Origin: Hormoscilla sp.
Lineage (GTDB): Bacteria; Cyanobacteriota; Cyanobacteriia; Cyanobacteriales; Desertifilaceae
Assembly (NCBI GenBank): GCA_051439505.1
Contig: JBFRWI010000100.1
Coordinates: forward strand, 32,001 to 96,000
Direction of reading: 5' to 3'
Length of the DNA stretch: 64,000 bases
Within the stretch, counting starts at the first letter, position 1, and every line of letters starts with the position of its first letter. The notes under the pieces are model-generated. The model was not told the origin of the DNA. It saw only the letters and a list, made by a program, of their open reading frames with translations, and searched no databases. Position numbers and translations under genes: made by a program. Shown here in pieces: positions 20,414-28,943 of the stretch.

Positions 20414-21202
20414 TTGTCTAAGCGAGCGCAGCGCGGCAACCGCCTGCGCGGGCTAGTTACGCCCCCACATCCCCACCCTCAAGGGTGGGGCTACAGGAAC
20501 GAAGCCCGCCTGCGCGGGCTACCGATATTAGTGACGATTCTGAGTATAATTCTGGCAGCAGCCCCAGCTTGGTGTCAACCTCTGCCGCCGTCTGAGTTAG
20601 ACTTAAGTCCGGAAATAATCGAGTCCAGTCCTGTTTTACAGCGTTGGCAGCGTCAGGTGCCTTCTGTCTGGTCGGACATTAAACATGACCCCAGTTTTCC
20701 TACGCGCCTGCGCCTGGGTTATTCTCTGTTTCCCGACTCTGATGCTGCGGGATTTCATTTTGGCCTGGAGGATCTGTTTGTCGGACGCACTGGGTTAACT
20801 ATTAGTGCAGATTATTATGGCACGGGCGATCGGCCCGCGGACGGTCCGAAAAATCGCACTTCCTACGGTGGGGACTTACGTTACTACCTGCGTCCTTTAG
20901 GGAGTTACATCAATATCGCACCTGTGGTAGGATATCGCTATCTGGAAACTGATGGTGATGTCAGGGATGGGATTAATCTCGGTTTGCGTTTATTGTTAGT
21001 TCCCTCTCGGGGTGGCGGTGCGGATATTGCTTTAACTCAAACTTTTGTCTCTCCCGGTGGCAGTGCCGAGGTAGGGATAACAACCTTGTCTTTTGGCTAT
21101 GCCCTTACCCCCCATTTGCGCTTATCTACAGATATCCAGCAGCAAAATACCCCGGACAACAAAGATAGTCGCTTCGGCATACTTTTGGAGTGGATGCCTT
21201 AA
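20414..21202 (+). CDS. Conserved-type cyanobacterial exported protein, beta-barrel-like; true start uncertain
   Basis: Signal-like segment, SPVLQRW...DPSFPTR, alternating beta strands; the first ~35 codons are repeat-derived. Confidence 0.65.
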   Translation: MSKRAQRGNRLRGLVTPPHPHPQGWGYRNEARLRGLPILVTILSIILAAAPAWCQPLPPSELDLSPEIIESSPVLQRWQRQVPSVWSDIKHDPSFPTRLRLGYSLFPDSDAAGFHFGLEDLFVGRTGLTISADYYGTGDRPADGPKNRTSYGGDLRYYLRPLGSYINIAPVVGYRYLETDGDVRDGINLGLRLLLVPSRGGGADIALTQTFVSPGGSAEVGITTLSFGYALTPHLRLSTDIQQQNTPDNKDSRFGILLEWMP

Positions 21203-21339
21203 GTAGTTCGTAGTTCGTAGTTCGTAGTTCGTAGTTATGATCCGCCCGTCACGTAATCATGCGGGTTTGAGGTTTTTCGATCTCGACGGTCTCGGAGTTT
21301 GAGTAGCTGTCGAACTGACGTTCGTCACCCTCGTAATTG

Positions 21340-22521
21340 TCAATTCGCCATTGTCAATTTGCCATTGTCAATTGTCCCGTCGCCATTGTCAATTTGCCAT
21401 TGTCCATTCGCAATTAGCGATCGCCTACGGGCCGTACAATCTAACATACCGCGGATGGTTTTAGAGATCGCCCCTGCGAGGGCAGGGGGGACGGCGTTAC
21501 CAAGCTGTCGGGCGATCGCGGTTTTGCTGCCCATAAAGCGAAAGTCATCTGGGAACCCCATCAATCTTGCGGCCTCCCGGTGGGTAATGGGTCGATGTTT
21601 TTCCGGATGGAGATAGCGTCCTTTTTCTGGCTTAAAGAATTCAGTTCTAATAGTTACTGAAGGTCTATCCCACCATAAGCGACCGAAGAGATCTGTTCCC
21701 TGATAAGTTGGGTTCACCCAGCAAGGCGGACTCAATTCTGGGGCATTTTTGATCAGGTCAAAACGGTTGCCTCCTGGGGGCACGGCTTGGTAACGTGCTA
21801 AACTTTTCTCCGTGGGCCTGCGTGCAAAATGTAAATCTAGAGGTGGGTCAACTGGGCGGATATTTGTTCCTTCTGGATCTGGTAAATCACCAATTGCGTC
21901 CCGTAAAGTCAGCCACCTATTCTCATGGGTAGGTTGGGGTGGGAATTTAGGCGATCGGATATTTTGCTGCCAACCGATAATCACTGCCCGTTTGCGAGTT
22001 TGCGGTACGCCATAATTGGCAGAATTGAGCACCCCCGCAATGATATTAAATCCTAATGAAGCTGCACAATCGGAGATTTGCTGAAACTCATCCGATCGTA
22101 AAATATCTGGCACGTTTTCGATCACAAACACCAATGCCTGGGAAGCTTTTACCACCTGCATGAAGGGTTGCCAGAGAGTCCGACGGCGATCGCCTGCTCG
22201 CTTTCTGTTCAGTCTACTGAAACCCTGACATGGGATCCCGCCAATAATTACATCTGCTTTGGGAATTTCTGGTTTTTCAGCTAGCCATTCTTCTAGATCG
22301 GCCATTACCGCATTTTTGCCATCAAGATTAGCCTTATAAGTTGCTATAGCAGCTCGATTATTGTCTATAGCCAGAATACTCTTAAATCCACCGCCAAATC
22401 GCGGATCTGTAAATCCTAGGGTCATCCCCCCTGCCCCTGAGAACAGGTCAATCAGGCGATATTTAATGATTTCGGGTTCTCTGAATATACTATAATCTAG
22501 TTGCAAATCTGCTATGTTCAT
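21340..22521 (-). CDS. Orphan C5 DNA cytosine methyltransferase
   Basis: DLFSGAGG, PCQGFS, ENV, YGVPQTRKR, QLGNAVPP; C-terminus reads into heptamer repeats. Confidence 0.92.
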   Translation of the reverse strand: MNIADLQLDYSIFREPEIIKYRLIDLFSGAGGMTLGFTDPRFGGGFKSILAIDNNRAAIATYKANLDGKNAVMADLEEWLAEKPEIPKADVIIGGIPCQGFSRLNRKRAGDRRRTLWQPFMQVVKASQALVFVIENVPDILRSDEFQQISDCAASLGFNIIAGVLNSANYGVPQTRKRAVIIGWQQNIRSPKFPPQPTHENRWLTLRDAIGDLPDPEGTNIRPVDPPLDLHFARRPTEKSLARYQAVPPGGNRFDLIKNAPELSPPCWVNPTYQGTDLFGRLWWDRPSVTIRTEFFKPEKGRYLHPEKHRPITHREAARLMGFPDDFRFMGSKTAIARQLGNAVPPALAGAISKTIRGMLDCTARRRSLIANGQWQIDNGDGTIDNGKLTMAN

Positions 22522-22667
22522 CCTTGCTTGTTCGTCACTGATTGTTCTACAGAGTCTCTTACCAGGCTCTGCTTGCGAACGTTATCATCATAATTTTATA
22601 ACATACAACCTAAGTTGGCAACCCTAATCAAACTTGCAATAGTTAGTGGTTAGTAGTTAGTAGTTAG

Positions 22668-22834
22668 GGGTGCATCTCACTTTTGCACGGGCGAAGCATT
22701 CGGGCAATAAATGATGACAGAAGATGACAAATTTTCGGCCCGAATGCTAGCTGCTGCGCAGCCGCTGCGCTTTTACGCAGTGCGCGTAGCGCTACGCCCC
22801 TACAGATGGATATGCTTGCGGTCCAGATGCACCC
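22668..22834. repeat. MITE-like element GGGTGCATCT...AGATGCACCC with internal palindromes
   Basis: Perfect 10-bp TIR; related copy at 34448-34544. Confidence 0.75.
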
Positions 22835-22856
22835 GTAGTTAGCGAACAACTGACAA

Positions 22857-23645
22857 CTATCTACTATTCTCAATTTGTTCTAGCTTTGTCCCACAATGTT
22901 TGCAGAATTTCGCATCAGCATCATGAAAATACAAGCCGCACCCGGGACAAGGCATTTCTATGTGATTAGCAGTTTTGACTAAGTGTTTGATCAAATCTCC
23001 TACCTGCCAGGGGATCAGGGCAATTCCTGTTACAATCATAAATAATGTCATCCAGCGCCCCCCTTCTGATACGGGGGTAATATCACCAAATCCTACCGTT
23101 GTCATGGTGACGATCGAGAAATAAACGGCATCGAAGAATGTCCGGAAAGCTTCTGAATTTACCGCATGTTCTACTTGATAAATTAACCCCGAGTAGATAA
23201 AGATAATTGCGAACAAGGTAAAGAGGATCCTTGCTAAAATTACACCATCTTCTTGATTGATGATGCCCAACCAAGTTTTGCTAGTAATAAATCGCATTAG
23301 ATGCAAGATGCGTAACCAGCGAAAGATGAGTATGAAGCTAACATCTATTACTCCCAAGAAAAAGGGCAGAATGACGACTAAATCGATTAAAGAATAGATT
23401 GATAACAAATACTTGACTTTCTGTTCTGCGCACCAGAGTCGGAGTAGATATTCGACGGCAAAGCAGATGATAATCAAAGTATTGATAGCTTTCAGGGTCA
23501 GCAGCAATTCTGGTGGAATTCTGTAAGTTTCTATTACAAAAATTACTGAAGATAATAAAACTAATCCAGTAATTATTAAGTTCACGACCCTTCCTGCTGG
23601 AGTTTCTACTGCTAGGTAAAAAGCTACCTTTTCTCGCAGTGACAT
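22857..23645 (-). CDS. Voltage-gated potassium channel-type ion transporter
   Basis: TMTTVGFGD filter, S4-like Arg helix, C-terminal CxxC...CxxC ribbon. Confidence 0.9.
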   Translation of the reverse strand: MSLREKVAFYLAVETPAGRVVNLIITGLVLLSSVIFVIETYRIPPELLLTLKAINTLIIICFAVEYLLRLWCAEQKVKYLLSIYSLIDLVVILPFFLGVIDVSFILIFRWLRILHLMRFITSKTWLGIINQEDGVILARILFTLFAIIFIYSGLIYQVEHAVNSEAFRTFFDAVYFSIVTMTTVGFGDITPVSEGGRWMTLFMIVTGIALIPWQVGDLIKHLVKTANHIEMPCPGCGLYFHDADAKFCKHCGTKLEQIENSR

Positions 23646-23713
23646 GGGTTGCTGAAGTCCGGTTTCAGGATACATAATTTTAATTTGTCTCATTACAGGT
23701 TATTATTGTCTAA

Positions 23714-23745
23714 AAAAATCCCAGCTTTATTAGTCTGGGATTTTT
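23714..23745. terminator. Putative intrinsic terminator hairpin
   Basis: AAAAATCCCAG...CTGGGATTTTT just downstream of the 23778-24221 gene. Confidence 0.55.
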
Positions 23746-23777
23746 AAATCGAATCCATATTGTGCGATCGTCTGATA

Positions 23778-24221
23778 TTACTTGACCAGAGTCAGTTCCC
23801 GATCGGCAGTTTCTGTAGCTGGGGTTTCTTCAGTAACAGTTACCTCGGTCAGGACTGTCTCTACTACATACTCGGAAGCAGTTTCAGCATTGGCCTCGGG
23901 AACCTCGGCGATGTCGGTGGGATCCTGACGGCGCCGACTGGTGATGCCAACGGCACCCAAACCAGCAACGGTGGCAACTCCGGCAGCTGCGATCGCGGCC
24001 CATTTGCCAGACTTCCAGTCCTTCACATTGAAAGTGGTCGATGAGGTTTGACTTGCCCCTTCAACGGAAGTCTGCTTCATTTTGCTAAACATGCAAGCTT
24101 CAGCGGGATTGACAGCAGCCAGCAGGGCCCCACTGGCGATCGCGGCGGCTGCTAAGATCGAGGTCAGAGATGATTGCTTTGAGATCGTGGTCATGTTTAA
24201 GGATGATTGCTTAAAGGACAT
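23778..24221 (-). CDS. Hypothetical exported, membrane-anchored protein
   Basis: Signal peptide ending AEA, second hydrophobic helix followed by RRR, acidic tail. Confidence 0.7.
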   Translation of the reverse strand: MSFKQSSLNMTTISKQSSLTSILAAAAIASGALLAAVNPAEACMFSKMKQTSVEGASQTSSTTFNVKDWKSGKWAAIAAAGVATVAGLGAVGITSRRRQDPTDIAEVPEANAETASEYVVETVLTEVTVTEETPATETADRELTLVK

Positions 24222-24326
24222 GCTCCCTCACGGGGGGAGCGGTTTAGTGATACAACATTACAGAAATTAAAACACATTCTCGATCGAAATGCAAGGCGAA
24301 ATGCAAGGATGGGGGAGAATTTACTC

Positions 24327-24712
24327 TTACTCCAGTGCCAATTCGGCCATCACCGGGAAGTGATCGGAAGGCCAAATCCCTTGCCACTGCCCGGTTTCCA
24401 CCTGCGCTGCTTGCAACTGAGTCCACAGCAGCGAAACCCTTGCCAGTAAAATCGTGGTAGGTCTGCTGACTTTCCCATTCCACCCCAGCAAGGGCGTCTA
24501 GCAGTGTTCTGCCGTTTAAGAGGCGATCGCCCCCGACACTCTGATATTCTGGCAGCAGGCGGTGCCTATCTAGCAGCTGGTGGGCCTGGCCTTCCTGGGT
24601 GCCGATGAGATCGGGTTCTGCTTGCAAGACTACTGCATCCCGTCGCACTGTCCAGGCATCCCCGATCGGGCTTATCATACCGCAGGTTAAAGCTGATGAT
24701 TTTTAGTTTCAT
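24327..24712 (-). pseudogene. Endonuclease/exonuclease/phosphatase (EEP) family remnant
   Basis: MKLKIISFNLRYDKPD, PDLIGTQEG, TYHDFTG and WPSDHFPV fragments in shifting frames; much shorter than a full gene. Confidence 0.8.
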
Positions 24713-24760
24713 ATTTTGTCAATTGTTATAGCATTTCTCTGATTAGTGTAATATGATGTT

Positions 24761-24833
24761 GGAGATTGCTTCGGGGGGGGGAATTCAATGGGATCATAAC
24801 TTAATCGCTACTTTCCCCCCCCTCGCAATGACA
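24761..24833. repeat. Half copy of the GTCATTGCGAG(G)n/(C)nGAAGCAATC repeat family
   Basis: Other copies at ~36930-37028, 37492-37770, 55674-55857 and 62154-62313. Confidence 0.8.
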
Positions 24834-24905
24834 AATAGGCACACCCAAACTATACCACATCAATTTTATAAGTGCTATAATTGCCAATTGTTAATTGACA
24901 GAAAA

Positions 24906-25553
24906 TCATTCTGTTTGCTGCTTTTTGACAAACAAAGTGCGATAAACAGGTTTGCCACCTGCCAGAGTAGCAATTTCCCGTTCCGTGGGGACTGGTAGAG
25001 GGTTTTCTGCTAGCCAGTTGTCCATCTCTTTTTCCTCAAAGTCAGGATGTGCGGAAAAGCGATCGCGCATTATCCCGGCCACAAACTCCAGATCTGACTG
25101 TAGGAAGACCTCTCCTCCCATAGCCAGGTGTGGGGCCAAATCAGCTACCAACTCTGGCTGGATCATCCGGCGTTTCCTGTGGCGATTTTTGAACCAGGGG
25201 TCGGGAAATTGGATCGTCACCCGCTGCAACACCCCAGTTGGCAAAGAACTCAGCAGCGGTTGCAACGAGTTATTCACATTCACAAACAGGTAATGGAGAT
25301 TGGTTAAACCCAACTGCGATCGCAACTCATTTGCTTCCGACACTAGGGGTTTGCGGATTTCCAAGCCCAGAAAGTTCCAATCCGGTTGCAGTTGAGCCAT
25401 CTTCAGTAAAAACCGCCCCCTAGCACAGCCAATATCCAACAGCAGGGGTTTATACCGATCGGCATAAATCTGAGGCCAGTCGGGAGGACTGATTGCGGTC
25501 TGATATTTTTCGCATAGTGGGTTGACATGTTGGCGGACTCGCACTCGTACCAA
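24906..25553 (-). CDS. trmB: tRNA (guanine-N7)-methyltransferase
   Basis: RVRQHVNPL, DIGCARG, GLEIR, FPDPWFKNRHRKRR. Confidence 0.95.
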   Translation of the reverse strand: MVRVRVRQHVNPLCEKYQTAISPPDWPQIYADRYKPLLLDIGCARGRFLLKMAQLQPDWNFLGLEIRKPLVSEANELRSQLGLTNLHYLFVNVNNSLQPLLSSLPTGVLQRVTIQFPDPWFKNRHRKRRMIQPELVADLAPHLAMGGEVFLQSDLEFVAGIMRDRFSAHPDFEEKEMDNWLAENPLPVPTEREIATLAGGKPVYRTLFVKKQQTE

Positions 25554-25637
25554 GATTCATTCCTCCATAATTTAATTTTTCCTTTAGGATCGAAGTATAA
25601 GTGCCTTAGTTACTGTCAGCATCAAGGGAATCGGCAT

Positions 25638-26738
25638 ATGAGACTAAATTTTCGCTTCGCTGTTGTCAGCGATCTACATATCGCACTCCCCCATACCATC
25701 TGGGACCATCCTCACCGATTTCATCTAGTGGAGGTGTCTATCCCCGCCTTAGAGATCATCTTAGAACATCTGGGACAGTTGGATCTAGATTTTCTGCTGT
25801 TACCGGGAGACTTGACCCAGCATGGGGAACCGGATAACCATGCTTGGTTGCAACAGCGTTTAGCCCAGCTGCCTTATCCAGTTTACGTCGTGCCTGGCAA
25901 TCATGACGTGCCCCTGCCCCAGTCTAACGGACATTCGATCGGGCTTAATGATTTTCCCCATTATTACGGTAAATGCGGCTATGAAAACCCCGATCGCCTT
26001 TATTATAGCTGTGGAATTATGCCCGGGGTGCGGCTCATTGGGCTCAATTCTAACATATTTGACGCCGATGGTCAGCAGTTAGGATGTATGGATGAAGCCC
26101 AGTTGACTTGGTTGGAGGGGGTTTTGGCATCAGCTAGAGAAGAATTGGTAATGGTGATGATCCATCATAATGTTATCGAGCATTTGCCTCGTCAATCTAG
26201 CCATCAGTTGGGGCGTCGCTATATGTTGGATAATGCACCCGTACTATTGCAGATGCTGCGGGATGCTGGGGTGCAGCTAATCTTTACTGGACATTTGCAC
26301 GTTCAGGATATTGCCTGCGATCGGGGCATCTATGAGATTACCACGGGTTCTCTGGTCAGCTATCCTCATCCCTACCGCATCTTACATTTCCAGATGGATA
26401 GCAAAGGTAGAAAGCAGTTGTCCGTAGAGTCACATCGGATAGAAGCAGTACCCGGTTGGCCAACTCTGGCCGAAACTTCCCGAGAATGGATCGGGTCCCG
26501 TTCCCATCCCTTCATGCTGAAACTCCTGACCCAGCCACCTGCGAGTTTACCAGAAAAGCAGGCTTGCGAATTAGTCAGCAGCCTGCGCTATTTCTGGGCA
26601 GATATTGCTTATGGCGATGCTATGTTTAATTTCCCCCATTTTCCCCCAGCTACCCGCAAATACTTCGAGAGTTTTAGCGCCATGGGCCCGGATGGCACTC
26701 CCCAGGCGATCGACAATTATGCAACACTTTTACTCTAA
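25638..26738 (+). CDS. Calcineurin-like metallophosphoesterase
   Basis: SDLH, GDLT, GNHD and GHLH motifs. Confidence 0.9.
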   Translation: MRLNFRFAVVSDLHIALPHTIWDHPHRFHLVEVSIPALEIILEHLGQLDLDFLLLPGDLTQHGEPDNHAWLQQRLAQLPYPVYVVPGNHDVPLPQSNGHSIGLNDFPHYYGKCGYENPDRLYYSCGIMPGVRLIGLNSNIFDADGQQLGCMDEAQLTWLEGVLASAREELVMVMIHHNVIEHLPRQSSHQLGRRYMLDNAPVLLQMLRDAGVQLIFTGHLHVQDIACDRGIYEITTGSLVSYPHPYRILHFQMDSKGRKQLSVESHRIEAVPGWPTLAETSREWIGSRSHPFMLKLLTQPPASLPEKQACELVSSLRYFWADIAYGDAMFNFPHFPPATRKYFESFSAMGPDGTPQAIDNYATLLL

Positions 26739-27104
26739 ACTGATGCACCCGTGGTCATTTATTCGTTATGAGTATTGTTTGCGGCTTAATATACAGGCGA
26801 ACTTACAATTTGGTTGGGGTTAGCTTATTCCATTAGATTATCGGGTTTGTCGGGTTGAATATTGGCCTGCTATAATTAAGAGTCAGGATATCCTTAATCA
26901 ACCCTCGACAAGCACGATCGTTCCGTCATCAACTTCATGTACCGGTGCGGGGAGTCCGCACCCCTGGGTCCACCGGTTGTGCGATCCAGCGCTCCCCGAG
27001 CGATCGGGAGACAGGCCCCCGGCGGGGTAACGAGACAAAACGAGATACCAGACAAAGGAGGCAGATCCTCAGGGGGCCAGTTCCCTGGATCTGCCAGGGA
27101 ACGA

Positions 27105-27334
27105 GATATTTAAAATGCGGCATATGATATTTGATATGGGCCATATGATATTTGATATGCGGCATATGATATTTAAAATGCGGCATATGATATTTAAAAT
27201 GCGGCATATGATATTTGATATGCGGCATATGATATTTGATATGCGGCATATGATATTTGATATGCCGCATATGATATTTATATGGCCCATATGATATTTG
27301 ATATGCGGCATATGATATTTGATATGCCGCATAT
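27105..27334. repeat. 21-bp tandem array x11 (GATATTTGATATGCGGCATAT)
   Basis: Units counted by hand; one unit is 20 bp. Confidence 0.95.
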
Positions 27335-27455
27335 CAAATTTAATTTGCGACTGGTGGGAACGTGAGAAGCTTGTGGGGGCTTGTCCGGTGGCGTTCCGGG
27401 TTCCGTGGGAGGCCCGGAAACGAGAATATATGGGTTCATTTTCGGATGGGAGCGC

Positions 27456-27593
27456 ATGTGGCCGGTGTACGGCAACAGAGAATTGGCAGATGCCCAGAGT
27501 TAATTGTTGAATGTGGTCGGTGTACGGCAACAGAGAATTGGCAGCTGCCCAGAGTTAATTGTTGAATGTGGCCAGTGTACGGCAACAGAGAAT
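27456..27593. repeat. 55-bp tandem repeat x2.5
   Basis: Units start at 27456, 27511 and 27566. Confidence 0.9.
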
Positions 27594-27756
27594 GGGTGTG
27601 GTCAAAAGTAGTTGCTCCGGGATCCCCCCCAAACCCCCCCCTTCCACGGCCCTTCGGCTCACGCTCAGGGACTGCATCAAAAAAAATTCGGGAATGATGA
27701 TGATGTTACTCTCGCGCCCGCCCCGGCCTCAGGCGATCGGGGGTTGTGGGGCGATC

Positions 27757-28145
27757 GTCGGTGGAATTGGGGCATAATATATTAAACATTTTTAACAGTA
27801 TCGGTAGGTGTACGGCATCGATAACATTGGGTTCCCAACCAAAAGATATATAACGCCGTACACCGGTTGTGCGAGGGGCGATCGTCTCTGGGGGCGATCG
27901 GGCATGGGGCCGGGGCACGGCGATAATAATATTGTCATTATTAGCGAAAGATTTCGGATGCCGTGCCCCTACAGAAATTGACGAACAATGGGGCGAGCGT
28001 CGGTGGGATTGGGGTACAATATGTTAAACATTTTTAACAGCATTGGTAGCTGTACGGCATCGATAACATTGGGTTCGCAACCGAAAATTATATAACGCCG
28101 TACACCGGTTGTGCGATGGGCGATCTCTTCTGGGGGCGATCGGGC
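27757..28145. repeat. Two ~145-bp direct repeats with TGTACGGC...GCCGTACA stems, separated by a GGGGCACGGC...GCCGTGCCCC REP
   Basis: 27757-27903 versus ~27999-28145 align by eye. Confidence 0.8.
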
Positions 28146-28243
28146 GGCGAGTTGAGACCAAGAGGGGGTGCGATGGAAACATGTGCGATCGCCTCTACAG
28201 GAATAGATCATGTATAATGGATAATTATCGTCGGTAATAAATC

Positions 28244-28699
28244 ATGAAAAACGCACTTGACATTGCTAGTTACTTCCTGCGCCGTGTAGACAGAGAGGCG
28301 GGGGATACCATTTCTCCCCTCAAGCTGCAAAAGTTGGTATATTACGCTCAAGCATGGAGTTTAGTATTGAGAAATAAACCTCTGTTTGAACAAGATATTG
28401 AAGCCTGGGTTTCTGGTCCAGTTGTGCGGGATGTATGGGATGAATATCTGGCTTATAAATATAGAGATATTCCCGCACCAGCAGATTTAGATATAGAATT
28501 GGCATCCGATGAAATAGATGTGCTAGAAGAAGTATGGAATGTTTATGGAGAATTGAGTGCTAAACGCCTTCAGGATCTGACAAAATCCGAAACCCCTTGG
28601 CTCAACGCTCGCCAAGGTTTGGAACCGGCGCAAAAATCAACGAATGTCATATCTCATGACGACATGAAGTCCTACTATGGGGAGTTTGTGGAAGCTTAG
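28244..28699 (+). CDS. SocA/Panacea (DUF4065) antitoxin
   Basis: ISPLKLQKLVYYAQAW, IEAWVSGPVV, ETPW. Confidence 0.9.
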   Translation: MKNALDIASYFLRRVDREAGDTISPLKLQKLVYYAQAWSLVLRNKPLFEQDIEAWVSGPVVRDVWDEYLAYKYRDIPAPADLDIELASDEIDVLEEVWNVYGELSAKRLQDLTKSETPWLNARQGLEPAQKSTNVISHDDMKSYYGEFVEA

Positions 28700-28815
28700 G
28701 TGAGTAAAAAGCAGAAGATAAAAAAGCCCGCTCAGCAGAAAACAGTCAGGCAGATATCTGAGAAGGCGGTCGCCAAATTAACTGGTAGTACCGATGAGGA
28801 ACATCCTAGCTTAAC
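28700..28815 (+). pseudogene. Probable truncated toxin gene abutting the Panacea antitoxin
   Basis: GTG start immediately after the antitoxin stop; Lys-rich N-terminus up to STDEEHPS, then a REP-like GGTGGGCGGTGCCCA sequence. Confidence 0.5.
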
Positions 28816-28943
28816 AGACTCAATTAGGGTGGGCGGTGCCCAGCGGACATTTATTCATAATTATTCTGAAGGAAATCTAAAATATATTGCCAGAGGTGAA
28901 AAAAAAGGATACAGTCAAATTAGAGAGCAGCAGAGGTACGCAG

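Noticed and set aside
24244..24678. 144-aa ORF as a real gene
   Set aside because: It is a mosaic of in-frame and out-of-frame pieces of the EEP pseudogene.
27105..27593. Possible CRISPR array in the 21-bp and 55-bp repeats
   Set aside because: The repeats are contiguous and have no spacers.
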